From Candidatus Omnitrophota bacterium (GTDB taxonomy: Bacteria; Omnitrophota; Gorgyraeia; Zapsychrales; Zapsychraceae), in contig DATDQB010000008.1 in the NCBI GenBank assembly GCA_035292445.1, positions 40,033-104,032 on the forward strand: a stretch of DNA of 64,000 bases, in the 5' to 3' direction. Each line of letters opens with the position of its first letter. Within the stretch, counting starts at the first letter, position 1. Shown one piece after another: positions 49,633 to 61,117 of this stretch. The position numbers and the translations under genes were made by a program. A model generated the notes under the pieces. It was not told where the DNA came from, made no database searches, and saw nothing but the letters and a program-made list of their open reading frames with translations.

Positions 49633-51591
49633 ATGCCACCGACAAGCCAGAAACTGGGGGACGCAACATTAGAGGCCTTGCTGGAAGAAAACCGCTCGTT
49701 CGCGCCATCAAAGGAATTTCAAAAAAAAGCGTTTGTTAAAGACGCCTCCATTTACGAAGAGGCACAAAAAGACCGTGACGCTTTTTGGGGCAAACGCGCC
49801 GAACGCCTTGACTGGTATAAAAAATGGAAAAAAGTGCTGGAATGGAAATTGCCGTTTGCCAAATGGTTTGTCGGGGGCAAGCTCAATGCGTGCTATAACT
49901 GTTTGGACCGGCACGTCAAAAATGGCTTAGGACAAAAAACGGCGATCATTTGGGAAGGCGAAGTGAAAGGCGAGAAAAAGTTGACCTACAAAGAAGTCTA
50001 TGTAGCGGTCAATAAATTCGCCAATGCGATAAAAGCATTAGGCGTTAAGAAAGGTGACCGGGTCGCCATCTACATGCCTATGATCCCCGAAGCTGCTTAT
50101 GCGATGCTTGCCTGCGCGCGTATTGGTGCTGTCCATACGGTCGTTTTCGGAGGCTTCAGCGCTGATTCATTAAGGGAGCGCATCCAAGACGCCAAGGCCA
50201 AATTATTGATCACGGCCGATGGCGGATACCGCAGGGGGAAGGTCGTCCCGCTTAAACAAACCGCTGATGAAGCGGTTGCCCAATGCCCGTCCATCAAGCG
50301 TGTGGTCGTTATAAAACACAGCGGTGAAAATATTACCATGGCCAAGGGGCGCGATCTCTGGTATCACGAAATTGTTGCGAAGGCCAAAGATTTTTGCGGA
50401 CCGGAAGAAATGGACTCGGAAGATTTGCTGTTTATCTTATATACTTCTGGCACAACGGGAAAACCTAAAGGCATTGTCCATTCAACCGGCGGTTATATGG
50501 TCGGCGTCAATGCCACCACTCAATGGGTGTTTGATCTAAGGGCGGATGATATTTTCTGGTGCACGGCGGATGTGGGCTGGGTCACCGGACACAGCTATAT
50601 TGTTTACGGGCCACTATCCAATGCGGCAACCGTTGTCATGTACGAAGGCTCGCCCGATTTTCCCGAGCGCAACCGCTTCTGGAAGATCATCGAGAAATAC
50701 AAAGTGTCAATCTTTTACACGGCGCCTACCGCCATCCGCACATTCATGAAATGGGGGACCCAATGGCCGCAAGGATGCGATCTGTCGAGCTTAAGATTAT
50801 TGGGTTCGGTCGGCGAGCCTATTAACCCAGAAGCCTGGGTGTGGTACCATAAATATATCGGACGTGAAAAATGCCCGATCGTTGATACGTGGTGGCAAAC
50901 AGAGACGGGATGCATCCTGATTTCTCCTTTACCCGGGATCACGGCCACCAAACCAGGCTCAGCGACAAAACCGCTGCCTGGCATCGAAGCCGTTCTTTTG
51001 AACGATGAAGGCAAAGAACTAAAAAAAGGCGGAGGGTACCTCGGCATCAAAAGCCCATGGCCTTCTATGTTGCGCGGGATTTGGGGCGATGATAAGCGCT
51101 ACAAAGAAACGTATTGGAGCCGATTCAAGAATATCTATTTTGCAGGGGACGGCTTAAAGATCGATGATGGCGGTTATTATTGGCTTCTTGGGCGCGTTGA
51201 TGACATCATGCTCGTTGCCGGGCATAACATTTCGACCATGGAAGTGGAAAGTGCGCTGGTCGATCATCCTAGCGTGGCCGAATCAGCCGTGGTCGGCGTT
51301 ACCGATGAGATCAAGGGTCAGGCTATCGCGGCATTCGTTATCCTTAAGGAAGGCCATGAAGCAACGGATGAGGCCATGGAGACGCTGAAAGAACATGTGT
51401 CTAAAAAGATCGGGGCGATCGCTCGGCCGAAATCGATCATTTTCACGGCCGATGTCCCGAAAACGCGCAGCGGGAAAATCATGCGCCGGCTCCTGCGTGA
51501 TATCGCCGAAGGCCGCGCCTTGGGGGACGTCACAACGCTGGCAGACCCAACGGTTATCCAAAAATTGAAAGACAAATATGATGAGCCATAA
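49633..51591 (+). CDS. acs: acetyl-CoA synthetase
   Basis: YTSGTTGKPKG is the AMP-binding motif. The whole sequence is colinear with Acs, including the C-terminal PKTRSGKIMRRLLRDIA with the acetylatable Lys. Confidence 0.9.
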   Translation: MPPTSQKLGDATLEALLEENRSFAPSKEFQKKAFVKDASIYEEAQKDRDAFWGKRAERLDWYKKWKKVLEWKLPFAKWFVGGKLNACYNCLDRHVKNGLGQKTAIIWEGEVKGEKKLTYKEVYVAVNKFANAIKALGVKKGDRVAIYMPMIPEAAYAMLACARIGAVHTVVFGGFSADSLRERIQDAKAKLLITADGGYRRGKVVPLKQTADEAVAQCPSIKRVVVIKHSGENITMAKGRDLWYHEIVAKAKDFCGPEEMDSEDLLFILYTSGTTGKPKGIVHSTGGYMVGVNATTQWVFDLRADDIFWCTADVGWVTGHSYIVYGPLSNAATVVMYEGSPDFPERNRFWKIIEKYKVSIFYTAPTAIRTFMKWGTQWPQGCDLSSLRLLGSVGEPINPEAWVWYHKYIGREKCPIVDTWWQTETGCILISPLPGITATKPGSATKPLPGIEAVLLNDEGKELKKGGGYLGIKSPWPSMLRGIWGDDKRYKETYWSRFKNIYFAGDGLKIDDGGYYWLLGRVDDIMLVAGHNISTMEVESALVDHPSVAESAVVGVTDEIKGQAIAAFVILKEGHEATDEAMETLKEHVSKKIGAIARPKSIIFTADVPKTRSGKIMRRLLRDIAEGRALGDVTTLADPTVIQKLKDKYDEP

Positions 51592-52330
51592 CCGCTTAGA
51601 AACGGACATGGCTTTCAAATGCGCCGAGCTGATTAATCAAGCCGAGTCCATCGCCGCCTTAACAGGGGCCGGCATCTCAACCAACGCCGGTATTCCCGAC
51701 TTTCGCGGCCCTAAGGGGCTGTACGTCACAAGAAAGTACGATCCGGACAAGGTCTTTGACATTTTTTCTTTTCATCAAGACCCCAAACCATTCTTTGATT
51801 TCGCCAGGGATTTCATTAACCTTTATGAGACGATCCAACCAACCTTTACGCACCGGCTTCTGACAGAATTGGAACGGAGAGGGAAATTAAAGGGGATCAT
51901 CACGCAAAACATCGATGCGCTGCATCAGATGGGGGGATCCAAACAGGTTTATGAGATCCACGGCAGTTTCTTAAAAAGCACCTGCCTTGATTGCGGATGC
52001 GCCTTTACTCTGGAAGAGGCCAAAAGAAAACTTTTTGAAGAAATTGTTCCACGCTGCGATTGCGGTGGTATTATAAAGCCAGACATCGTGTTCTTTGGGG
52101 AAAACGTCAAGCATCTTAACGAAGCGGCTGATTTGGCCGCTCGTGTGGATCTATTTTTTGTTATCGGGACCTCATGCGTCGTTTATCCTGCGGCCATGCT
52201 GCCCTCGTATGTTTCGGGAAAAATTGTCGTTGTCAATCAAACGCAGACGCCGTTACGTTTGCCGAATGTCGTTTTAACCGTCAAAGACGAAGTGGACCAG
52301 TTTTTTAGAAAGGTTGCCGAATATGTTTAA
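51578..52330 (+). CDS. cobB: NAD-dependent protein deacylase (Sir2/CobB)
   Basis: GAGISTNAGIPDFRG is the sirtuin NAD motif. The Zn-binding pairs are CLDCG…CDCGG. It overlaps the acs stop. Confidence 0.85.
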   Translation: MMSHNRLETDMAFKCAELINQAESIAALTGAGISTNAGIPDFRGPKGLYVTRKYDPDKVFDIFSFHQDPKPFFDFARDFINLYETIQPTFTHRLLTELERRGKLKGIITQNIDALHQMGGSKQVYEIHGSFLKSTCLDCGCAFTLEEAKRKLFEEIVPRCDCGGIIKPDIVFFGENVKHLNEAADLAARVDLFFVIGTSCVVYPAAMLPSYVSGKIVVVNQTQTPLRLPNVVLTVKDEVDQFFRKVAEYV

Positions 52331-53453
52331 CAAAAAAAACTTCGCTTTTGTCGTGTGTTTTGTTTTTTTCTTAACGCCCACCCAGACCTTGGCGCAAAAA
52401 CCAGCCTATACCAACAAAGGATTGCCGATTAATAAGCTTACCGTAGCCCCTGGATTTCGGCTTCATGTGTACGCGGACAATGTTCCTTTTGCCCGCCAAA
52501 TGGCTTTGGGGGATAAAGGCACGGTATTTGTCGGCAGCCGTGAATATGACAAGGTCCACGCCCTTGTCGATACCAACAAGGATAATGTGGCCGATGAAAT
52601 TTATGTGGTTGCCGAAGGACTTAATTCCCCCAACGGTGTCGCTTTTAAGGACGGCGCATTATACATTGCCGAGATCCATCGTGTTATTCGTTTGGATAAT
52701 ATTGAAAATAATTTGGCGGACCCGCCACAGCCGGTTGTCGTCAATGATACGTTCCCGCCTGATACTTGGCATGGATGGAAGTATATCCGTTTTGGTCCCG
52801 ATGGCAAATTATACATTCCTGTCGGGGCACCATGCAATGTTTGCGAAAAAGAAGACGAACGTTATGGCACCATTATGCGGATGAACGCTGATGGCAGCGG
52901 GTTGGAAATTGTCGCCAAAGGAGTACGCAATTCGGTTGGTTTTGATTGGCATCCTTTGACCAACGAATTATGGTTTACGGACAACGGGCGCGATCTTTTG
53001 GGAGATGATTTACCTCCGGATGAGTTAAACCTAGCGCCTCAGACGGGGATGCATTTCGGGTTCCCTTATTGCCATGGAAAAGATATTCCTGACCCGGAAT
53101 TCGGAGACAAACGAAATTGCAGTGAATTTACTCCGCCGGCGACTGGATTGGGAGCGCATGTAGCGGCCTTAGGCATGAAATTTTACCGCGGAAACATGTT
53201 CCCTGAGGAATTTAAGCACAAATACATTTTTGTTGCCGAACACGGTTCATGGGATAGGACAGAAAAGGTCGGTTATCGTGTGGCAGCAGCGCGGCTTATG
53301 GATAATGTACCTAACTTTTACGGAACGCTTGTTTTTGGTTGGTTGGATGGTGATAAAGTTTGGGGGAGGCCCGTAGATCTGTTGGAGCTTCCTGACGGCT
53401 CTATGTTAATCTCCGATGATCATGCGAGCGCCATTTATCGACTTTTCTTCTAG
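52323..53453 (+). CDS. PQQ-dependent soluble sugar/sorbosone dehydrogenase-family β-propeller protein
   Basis: It has a signal peptide. An SGDH-like N-terminal region reads LTVAPGFRLHVYADNVPFARQMAL. Six-bladed propeller signatures follow. Confidence 0.55.
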   Translation: MFNKKNFAFVVCFVFFLTPTQTLAQKPAYTNKGLPINKLTVAPGFRLHVYADNVPFARQMALGDKGTVFVGSREYDKVHALVDTNKDNVADEIYVVAEGLNSPNGVAFKDGALYIAEIHRVIRLDNIENNLADPPQPVVVNDTFPPDTWHGWKYIRFGPDGKLYIPVGAPCNVCEKEDERYGTIMRMNADGSGLEIVAKGVRNSVGFDWHPLTNELWFTDNGRDLLGDDLPPDELNLAPQTGMHFGFPYCHGKDIPDPEFGDKRNCSEFTPPATGLGAHVAALGMKFYRGNMFPEEFKHKYIFVAEHGSWDRTEKVGYRVAAARLMDNVPNFYGTLVFGWLDGDKVWGRPVDLLELPDGSMLISDDHASAIYRLFF

Positions 53454-53481
53454 TTTCGATAAATTTGATAAAAGGCTTTTT

Positions 53482-54156
53482 ATGTTGGATGCATACCTAA
53501 AATCTTCTATTGGGCGAAAACAAATTGTCGCGGTCACCGGCTTGTTATTGATCGGATATTTAATCGCTCATTTGGCCGGGAATCTCCTTATTTATTTGGG
53601 ACCGGAAGCCTTCAATCACTACGCGGAAAAATTGGCCGGTTTACGCCCCGGGCTTTATGCTGTTGAATTTGGCCTTTTGGGCGTTTTTCTCATCCATATG
53701 CTTTTTACCGCCACGTTGGTTCTTGACAACATCCGCTCCAGGCCCGTTGATTATAAAATGAAAACGGCTCAAGGAGAGCGTTCTTGGGCCACGCGCCTCA
53801 TGCCTTACACGGGAACAGCCATCTTGTTGTTTGTTATTTGGCATTTGCTGGATTTTACTTTTACCGACAAATTCGGGCCCAGAAGCATTCTTTCTGATGG
53901 CCAAAGCTACGGGCTCTACGGTGTTGTTTACAACGCTTTTACCGACCCCTTCCACAGCACGCTTTACATTATCGCTATGCTTGCCATCGGCCTTCACTTA
54001 AGCCATGGGGTCGAGAGCTTCCTACAAACATTTGGGCTTAACAATGCGCAGCACGCTATCACGGTCAAAGAAATAAGTTATTGGTTTGCGATTATTATAA
54101 CAACCGGATACAGCTCCATTCCCATTTATGTGATGATTCATTACTATTCACACTGA
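53482..54156 (+). CDS. sdhC: succinate dehydrogenase cytochrome b558 subunit
   Basis: It has 5 TM helices with His-containing motifs, as in the Bacillus-type b558 subunit. The start was set at ATG 53482. Confidence 0.6.
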   Translation: MLDAYLKSSIGRKQIVAVTGLLLIGYLIAHLAGNLLIYLGPEAFNHYAEKLAGLRPGLYAVEFGLLGVFLIHMLFTATLVLDNIRSRPVDYKMKTAQGERSWATRLMPYTGTAILLFVIWHLLDFTFTDKFGPRSILSDGQSYGLYGVVYNAFTDPFHSTLYIIAMLAIGLHLSHGVESFLQTFGLNNAQHAITVKEISYWFAIIITTGYSSIPIYVMIHYYSH

Positions 54157-54158
54157 TC

Positions 54159-56069
54159 ATGCTTGAATCAAAAATCCCAGCAGGCCCCTTGAAGGACAAA
54201 TGGGCCAACCATAAAAATAAGATCAAGTTGGTCAACCCCGCCAACAAACGTAAATACCATATTATCGTGGTGGGGACGGGTTTGGCCGGAGCTTCAGCGG
54301 CCGCATCCCTTAGTGAATTAGGTTACAACGTTAAGGTTTTTTGCATTCAAGACAGCCCCCGGCGCGCCCACTCTATCGCCGCGCAGGGAGGTATCAATGC
54401 CGCTAAAAATTATCCCAACGACGGCGACAGTATTTACCGGCTTTTTTGTGACACCATTAAAGGCGGGGATTTCCGTTCACGTGAGGCCAACGTTTACCGT
54501 TTGGCCGAAATCAGCAACAATATCATTGATCAGTGCACGGCCCAGGGCGTGCCGTTTGCCCGGGAATATTCAGGCTATTTGGACAATCGTTCTTTTGGCG
54601 GGGCTCAGGTTTCGCGTACGTTTTATGCCCGAGGGCAAACCGGGCAGCAACTTCTTTTGGGTGCCTACAGCGCTTTAATGAAGGAGGCCAATAAAACGAG
54701 CCTTAAAATTTATCCTTGTACGGAAATGCTGGATCTGGTGGTTATCAACGGCATTGCCCGGGGCATCGTCACCCGCAACCTGATCAATGGTGGAATAGAA
54801 ACCCATGCTGCCGATGCCGTTGTTTTGGCTACCGGGGGCTACGCCAACGTTTATTATTTATCAACGAACGCCAAAGCCTGCAACGTCACTGCAATATGGC
54901 GGGCCCACAAAAAAGGCGCTTTTTTCGCCAACCCTTGCTTCACTCAAATTCATCCAACATGCATCCCGGTCCACGGCGATTACCAGTCCAAGTTGACTCT
55001 GATGAGCGAGAGTTTACGAAACGACGGGCGGGTGTGGGTACCCAAAAATAAAGAAGATGAGCGCCGTCCCAACGATATTCCCGAGAACGACCGCGATTAT
55101 TTCCTGGAAAGAAAATACCCGAGTTTCGGCAACCTTGTCCCTCGGGACCTGGCCAGCCGCAACGCCAAGTACATTTGCGATGAAGGTCAAGGGGTCGGCC
55201 CCAGCGGCCAAGCTGTTTATCTGGATTTTACCGAAGCGATCCAGCGCCTCGGTGCCAGCACCATCAAAGAACGCTACGGCAATTTGTTTGACATGTATCA
55301 ACGGATCACCAGTAGCGATCCGTACAGGAACCCGATGATGATTTATCCGGCGCCGCATTACACGATGGGCGGGTTGTGGGTGGATTACAATTTGATGAGC
55401 AATTTGTCGGGCCTTTTTGTCATTGGTGAGGCTAACTTCTCCGATCATGGGGCGAACCGCTTGGGGGCCAGCGCCCTCATGCAAGGGTTGGCCGACGGGT
55501 ATTTCATTTTACCCTATACAATCGGTGATTATTTGGCCGGGTGCACGCCGGGTAACATTGACAATGAACAGCGGGCCTTTATTGACGCCAAGCAGGAGGC
55601 GGCAGAGAAAACAGATAAATTGTTGAAGATTAACGGGCAAAGGACGGTCGATGAATTTCACCGTGAGCTCGGGCGGCTGCTGTGGGATAAATGCGGCATG
55701 TCCCGAAATGCCGGAGGGCTTAACGAGGTTTTAAAAAAGATCCCGCAGATCCGAGAGGAGTTCTGGAAAAACGTCAATGTCCCAGGCTCAGGAGATGATC
55801 TTAATCAATCGCTGGAGCGGGCGGGCCGCGTTGCCGATTTCCTGGAATTTGCTGAACTGCTGTGTCTTGATGCGTTGGAGCGCAAAGAATCCTGCGGCGG
55901 GCATTTCAGGGAAGAATATCAAAGCGAAGATAGTGAGGCCTTGCGCGACGATGACAATTATACGTACGTCGCCGCTTGGGAATTCCGCGGCGTTGGCAAG
56001 CCGGCCGTTCTGCATAAAGAGGGGCTTACTTTCGAAGAGGTCAAATTGACCCAACGAAGCTATAAATAA
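54159..56069 (+). CDS. sdhA: succinate dehydrogenase/fumarate reductase flavoprotein subunit
   Basis: [13 protein letters not shown] is the FAD-binding motif. HYTMGG and the His in [10 protein letters not shown] (covalent FAD site) are present. The start was taken at ATG 54159, right after the sdhC stop. Confidence 0.85.
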   Translation: MLESKIPAGPLKDKWANHKNKIKLVNPANKRKYHIIVVGTGLAGASAAASLSELGYNVKVFCIQDSPRRAHSIAAQGGINAAKNYPNDGDSIYRLFCDTIKGGDFRSREANVYRLAEISNNIIDQCTAQGVPFAREYSGYLDNRSFGGAQVSRTFYARGQTGQQLLLGAYSALMKEANKTSLKIYPCTEMLDLVVINGIARGIVTRNLINGGIETHAADAVVLATGGYANVYYLSTNAKACNVTAIWRAHKKGAFFANPCFTQIHPTCIPVHGDYQSKLTLMSESLRNDGRVWVPKNKEDERRPNDIPENDRDYFLERKYPSFGNLVPRDLASRNAKYICDEGQGVGPSGQAVYLDFTEAIQRLGASTIKERYGNLFDMYQRITSSDPYRNPMMIYPAPHYTMGGLWVDYNLMSNLSGLFVIGEANFSDHGANRLGASALMQGLADGYFILPYTIGDYLAGCTPGNIDNEQRAFIDAKQEAAEKTDKLLKINGQRTVDEFHRELGRLLWDKCGMSRNAGGLNEVLKKIPQIREEFWKNVNVPGSGDDLNQSLERAGRVADFLEFAELLCLDALERKESCGGHFREEYQSEDSEALRDDDNYTYVAAWEFRGVGKPAVLHKEGLTFEEVKLTQRSYK

Positions 56070-56070
56070 A

Positions 56071-56826
56071 ATGAGCGTATCCATTAATCTCACATTAAGA
56101 ATTTGGCGTCAGAAAAATTCAAAAAATAAAGGACGTTTCGAAACGTATAAGCTTGAAAATATCGATACGGCCAGCTCCTTTTTGGAAATGCTGGATGTCC
56201 TTAATGAGCGCTTGACGAAAGAAGGGAAAGAACCAGTTGCTTTTGATCATGACTGCCGCGAAGGCATTTGTGGCACGTGTGGGGCCATGGTCAACGGCAA
56301 GGCGCACGGGCCTTGGTGGGCAACGACACTTTGCCAGCTCCACATGAGGGAATTCAGAAATAATGACACGATTGTCGTTGAGCCGTGGCGTTCCAAGGGG
56401 TTCCCCGTTGTCAAAGACCTGGTCGTTGATAGAAGCTCCTTCGACAGGATTATTAAAGCCGGCGGGTACATATCCGTCAAGACCGGTTCGGCGCCGGAAG
56501 CCAATGCAATGCCTGTTGCCAAAGAAAAAGCAGAATTAGCCATGGATGCGGCGGCGTGTATTGGTTGCGGGGCTTGCGTGGCCGCTTGTCCCAATGCCTC
56601 GGCCATGTTATTTGCGGCGGCCAAAATAAGCCATCTAGGCCTTTTGCCACAAGGTCAGATCGAAGCCCAAAAGCGGGTTGTGGGCATGGTCGAACAAATG
56701 GACAAAGAAGGTTTCGGCAATTGCTCTAACGAATATGAATGTGAAGCCGCGTGTCCCAAAAGGATTAGCGTTTCCAACATCGCGCGGATGAACCGCGAAT
56801 ACCTCAAAGCCAAGTTGATTCCATAA
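56071..56826 (+). CDS. sdhB: succinate dehydrogenase iron-sulfur subunit
   Basis: The 2Fe-2S cysteines are [10 protein letters not shown]. The cluster motifs are [12 protein letters not shown] and CEAACP. Confidence 0.85.
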   Translation: MSVSINLTLRIWRQKNSKNKGRFETYKLENIDTASSFLEMLDVLNERLTKEGKEPVAFDHDCREGICGTCGAMVNGKAHGPWWATTLCQLHMREFRNNDTIVVEPWRSKGFPVVKDLVVDRSSFDRIIKAGGYISVKTGSAPEANAMPVAKEKAELAMDAAACIGCGACVAACPNASAMLFAAAKISHLGLLPQGQIEAQKRVVGMVEQMDKEGFGNCSNEYECEAACPKRISVSNIARMNREYLKAKLIP

Positions 56827-56834
56827 ATTTTTCT

Positions 56835-58211
56835 ATGACGATTACGATCGACAAACAGACCATCCAAAAATTTGATGTGCCTGGCCCGCGCTACACTAGT
56901 TATCCAACTGCGCCCGTTTGGACACCTCAAATAACACAAAACCATTATATCGAAAGATTGAAACAATTCGGCGCCTCAGACAAAACATTGTCTTTGTATA
57001 TCCATATACCGTTTTGCCGGTCCATGTGCACGTATTGCGCCTGCAGCGTTGTCATAAGAAAAAATGATGAAAAATATGGCGAAGAATATATACGGTATTT
57101 GACCAAGGAAATAGGGCTTGTGAGCCGGCATATTGGCAAAAGAAAACTTGTTAAGCAGTTCCATTGGGGTGGGGGGACGCCGACTTTTCTTTCCGAAGGG
57201 CAGATCCAACGGCTCTTTCACGTTGCTGAAGAAAAATTTGATATTGACCGCGATGGCGAGATCGCCATCGAGATCGACCCGCGCACCATTGATAAAGGAA
57301 AAATCAAAACAATACGGGAGTTGGGTTTCAACCGCATTTCTTTGGGCGTTCAAGATTTTTCTTATGATGTGCAAAAAAACATCAATCGCATCCAGCCGTA
57401 CGCATTGGTTAAAGAAGTTTACGATTATTGCCGGGCCCTTAAGTTTCTTTCCATCAACTTTGACCTCATTTACGGCTTGCCGAACCAAACCAATGAAAGC
57501 TTTAAAGATACCATCAACAAAGTCATTGCCCTAAAACCTGACCGCATCGCCCTGTACAGTTTTGCGTATGTCCCGTGGCTTAAAAAGCATCAAAATAAAA
57601 TAGATCCCGGTGCGCTGCCCAACAACAACGAAAAGATGGAGATTTTTCTTCAATCAAGGGAACAGTTCACATCCGGCGGCTATGAGGCCATCGCCATGGA
57701 CCACTTCGCTCTCAAGAACGACGAACTGGCCAAAGCTTTTCACAAAGGGAAATTATATCGTAATTTTATGGGATACACCGTTAAACCGGCCGACGAATAT
57801 GTCGGCTTGGGCATGACCGCCATCGGTTTTCTTGAAAACACGTATTTCCAGAACGAAAAGACATTGCCGGAGTATTACGCCCGCTTGGACCAAAACCAGC
57901 TTCCTATCGAGCGGGGGAAGGCCCTGTCCCAGGACGATCGGATCCGCCAATGGACCATCAATTCGCTGATGTGCCAATTTTATGTTGATAAACCTTTGTT
58001 CCACAAATTTTTTAACATCCCTTTTGATGAATATTTTCGCCGTGAGCAAGGACAGATCCAGCGCTGTGCGGATGACGGGCTGCTGGAAATTTCTGTTGAG
58101 CGTATACGGGTGACGGAATTGGGTAAGGTGTTCATCAGAAATGTGTGCATGCACTTTGACCAATACCTTCAACAAAAAGATTCACCTAAACGTTTTTCAC
58201 GAACAGTTTAG
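56835..58211 (+). CDS. hemN: oxygen-independent coproporphyrinogen III oxidase (radical SAM)
   Basis: YIHIPFCRSMCTYCAC is the CxxxCxxC motif, and the C-terminal HemN domain is present. Confidence 0.85.
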   Translation: MTITIDKQTIQKFDVPGPRYTSYPTAPVWTPQITQNHYIERLKQFGASDKTLSLYIHIPFCRSMCTYCACSVVIRKNDEKYGEEYIRYLTKEIGLVSRHIGKRKLVKQFHWGGGTPTFLSEGQIQRLFHVAEEKFDIDRDGEIAIEIDPRTIDKGKIKTIRELGFNRISLGVQDFSYDVQKNINRIQPYALVKEVYDYCRALKFLSINFDLIYGLPNQTNESFKDTINKVIALKPDRIALYSFAYVPWLKKHQNKIDPGALPNNNEKMEIFLQSREQFTSGGYEAIAMDHFALKNDELAKAFHKGKLYRNFMGYTVKPADEYVGLGMTAIGFLENTYFQNEKTLPEYYARLDQNQLPIERGKALSQDDRIRQWTINSLMCQFYVDKPLFHKFFNIPFDEYFRREQGQIQRCADDGLLEISVERIRVTELGKVFIRNVCMHFDQYLQQKDSPKRFSRTV

Positions 58212-58222
58212 CGAGGTGCCCT

Positions 58223-58606
58223 ATGAAAGAACGCCGCTATTATCAAAGAAGCCCGGTTGAGTTAGCTGCCTATTACAGCGTTGTCGGCTCGGGAAGTTTA
58301 ACGCACGAGGCAACCGTCATCAACATTTCTGCGGGCGGTTTTTGTTTTTATGCCCAGCAAATGCTGCCGACAGGAACGCCGGTCGAGTTGGTTATCGATT
58401 TAAAACCTAAGGAAGAAATTAAAATCAAGGTGAAAACGGCATGGTCTAAAAAAATCGGGGATACCGGGGATTTCATGATTGGTGTCAAAATCGACGATGC
58501 CACAGGGACGGATTTGGAGAAGTTCTTATCCTACTATTGCCACGAAATCTCCCAGTTTCTCGTTGAATTAAAAAATATCAAGAAAGATAAAAATAAAGCA
58601 GCTTAA
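58223..58606 (+). CDS. single-domain PilZ c-di-GMP receptor protein
   Basis: The RxxxR motif is ERRYYQR. The N/DxSxGG motif is INISAGGFCF. It lies between hemN and hemE. Confidence 0.6.
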   Translation: MKERRYYQRSPVELAAYYSVVGSGSLTHEATVINISAGGFCFYAQQMLPTGTPVELVIDLKPKEEIKIKVKTAWSKKIGDTGDFMIGVKIDDATGTDLEKFLSYYCHEISQFLVELKNIKKDKNKAA

Positions 58607-58640
58607 CCCGCCTGTATTTTTATCAAGAAACGAAACCCTC

Positions 58641-59642
58641 ATGGATAAACCACTGTTACTTCAGGCGTTTGAAGGGGTTAATAAAACCGTCCCCGTCTGG
58701 TTTATGCGCCAAGCCGGACGGTATTTGCCCGAATATCAAAAAATCAAACAGAAATATTCTTTGGAAGAGATGTTTCGTACGCCTGATTTGGCCTGCGAAA
58801 TCACCTGCCAGCCCGTTAAAGCCCTTCATGTTGATGCGGCCATTCTTTTTGCGGACATCCTGACATTACCCGCCTTAATGGGTGTTAACGTCAGGTTTGA
58901 CAACAACAATGGGCCCGTTATTGAGCAAAACGTCGGGGTGGATTCGCTTAGAGATTTGGAACACGCTGAGCATGTCCAGGAAACCATCAGGCAAATAAAG
59001 GGAAAACTTTCACGCGACATTCCCTTGATAGGTTTTGCTGGTTCGCCTTTTACCGTTTTGGCCTATTTGCTTGAGAAAAAATCATTCCTCACCCTGCACC
59101 AAACTGTCAAATTGATCGAAGAAAACGAAGAGATGTATAAAAAGTGGATGGAGAAATTGACGCGTAATACGATTAAATATATCCATTATCAAATAGAAGC
59201 CGGGGCGGATGTGATTCAAATTTTTGATACGTGGGCCGGGACATTGCGGGCGACTGATTACGCCCATTGGGTGCTGCCCTATGTGCAGAGAATTTTTGAA
59301 GACATTTCTGTCCCGTCCATTTATTATGTTAAAAATTGCCGGCATTTATTGGCTTTGATGGATAAAACAAAGGCAGATTTTCTATCGGTGTGCCACACCG
59401 TTGTTCTGGGCCATCATAGCGTTCTGGAAAAAACGAAAAAAGGCATCCAGGGCAATCTTTATAACGGCCTTTTGTACGCCGACCCCAAACGGGTGGAGAG
59501 GGAAGTCAAAGACGTTTTAATGGGTGGGAAAAAACACGACCGGTATATTTTTAATTTGAATCACGGCATCTTGCCGGATGTTCAACCCGATCAGCTTAAA
59601 AGGATTGTCGAGCAGGTGCATCGGTTCCCATGGACCAGTTAA
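58641..59642 (+). CDS. hemE: uroporphyrinogen decarboxylase
   Basis: PVWFMRQAGRYLPEY is the URO-D signature. Confidence 0.9.
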   Translation: MDKPLLLQAFEGVNKTVPVWFMRQAGRYLPEYQKIKQKYSLEEMFRTPDLACEITCQPVKALHVDAAILFADILTLPALMGVNVRFDNNNGPVIEQNVGVDSLRDLEHAEHVQETIRQIKGKLSRDIPLIGFAGSPFTVLAYLLEKKSFLTLHQTVKLIEENEEMYKKWMEKLTRNTIKYIHYQIEAGADVIQIFDTWAGTLRATDYAHWVLPYVQRIFEDISVPSIYYVKNCRHLLALMDKTKADFLSVCHTVVLGHHSVLEKTKKGIQGNLYNGLLYADPKRVEREVKDVLMGGKKHDRYIFNLNHGILPDVQPDQLKRIVEQVHRFPWTS

Positions 59643-61015
59643 AGAAAAAAAATATCGTCATCATCGGCGCGGGTATAACAGGTTTGACCTTATTGCATTT
59701 TTTGATGCAAAAGTACAAAGACCGGCCGGATGTTGATGTTTGGTTGTTTGAAAAAAATGACCAACCCGGAGGCACTATCCGCTCGATTTCAAAGGCAGGA
59801 GGATTGTTTGAGGCAGGCCCTAGCGGATTTCTGGGAATAAAGGAACGGACGTTTCAGCTGATCGATGCGCTCAATGCGCGCGATGAGCTTCTTGAGGCCG
59901 AAGCGCAGGCAAAGGCGAGGCACATTTGCGTCAACAATATTCTTTATCAGCTTCCGGCTGACTTTAAAACTTTTTTTGGCTTTAAACTTCTCAATATTTT
60001 TGAAAAGATGCGTTTTCTCAGCGAAGCATTCGTTAAAAAAACGGATTGTCCCTCCGAAAGCGTTTATGATTTCGCCAAAAGGCGGTTTGGCCAAAAGGCC
60101 GCTGATTATTTGGCCGACCCTTTTGTAGCAGGCATTTACGCGGGAGAGGCGCGGACCATATGTCTGAAGGCGGCATTTCCCCAAATATATGCCTGGGAAC
60201 AGCAGTACGGATCTATTTTAAAAGCGGCTCGACGCACGGCCAAGAACAGAACCAAGCCCGTATTGTATTCCTTCAAAAATGGCATGGGGCAAATCATCGA
60301 TATACTGTATGAAAAATATAAAGACCGCATTAAACTCAAAGAAGAGATCATAAAAGTTTTTCTTCGGGAATCGCGTTATGTCATCAGCACGGATAAAGAA
60401 AACTATAAAGCGGATGAACTGTACGTCTGCACGCCGGCTTACGCGGCGGCGCAATTAATGAAACATTTGGACCAAGAAATCGCCGATGAGCTGATGTACA
60501 TTACGTATGCGCCTGTTGCGGTTGTCGGCCTGCTGTGTCCCGATGATGTTTTTAAACGAAAACCATACGGATTCGGCTATCTTGTTCCCTCGTTGGAAAA
60601 CAAGGAAATTTTGGGTGTTTTGTTTGAAAGCAATGTTTTTGCCAACCGTGCGCCCAAAAACCATATTTTGTTTCGTGTGATGGTGGGGGGAAGCCGCTAT
60701 CCGGATATTTTCCAAAAATCTAAAAAAGAAATATTGGAACTGGCCATGGAAGAGATCGGGACCGTTTTCCCGACAAAAGGAACTTCGGCTTTGACAAAAA
60801 TTGACCTTCGCAAAGTTATGCGGGAAACCTTTTTAAGTGTTTGGGACAAGGCCATCCCCCAGTATGACCAGGTCAACACGCAAATGCAGGAGCAGATTGA
60901 CAAAAAATTAAAACGTTTTCGTGATTTATATCTTTTGGGTAATTATCGTGACGGTGTTTCTTTTAACGATTGTATCGAGAGCGCCTATCAAGCCGCTTTA
61001 AGTTCTTCTCTCTAG
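59630..61015 (+). CDS. hemY: protoporphyrinogen/coproporphyrinogen oxidase (HemY/CgoX family, FAD)
   Basis: NIVIIGAGITGLTLLHFL is the FAD-binding GxGxxG. The length and the C-terminus are typical of HemY. Confidence 0.7.
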   Translation: MDQLKKKNIVIIGAGITGLTLLHFLMQKYKDRPDVDVWLFEKNDQPGGTIRSISKAGGLFEAGPSGFLGIKERTFQLIDALNARDELLEAEAQAKARHICVNNILYQLPADFKTFFGFKLLNIFEKMRFLSEAFVKKTDCPSESVYDFAKRRFGQKAADYLADPFVAGIYAGEARTICLKAAFPQIYAWEQQYGSILKAARRTAKNRTKPVLYSFKNGMGQIIDILYEKYKDRIKLKEEIIKVFLRESRYVISTDKENYKADELYVCTPAYAAAQLMKHLDQEIADELMYITYAPVAVVGLLCPDDVFKRKPYGFGYLVPSLENKEILGVLFESNVFANRAPKNHILFRVMVGGSRYPDIFQKSKKEILELAMEEIGTVFPTKGTSALTKIDLRKVMRETFLSVWDKAIPQYDQVNTQMQEQIDKKLKRFRDLYLLGNYRDGVSFNDCIESAYQAALSSSL

Positions 61016-61024
61016 AACGCTCCT

Positions 61025-61052
61025 AATAATCTTATGGACAGAGATTATTTTT
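61025..61052 (+). terminator. weak AT-rich hairpin plus T-run after hemY
   Basis: aataatct-N9-agattatt is followed by tttt. Confidence 0.25.
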
Positions 61053-61117
61053 CACGTTAAAGTAGGTAAATTGATCACAGCTTTGGTGGCGCATAAAAGA
61101 ATTAAAGAGGTTGGAGC

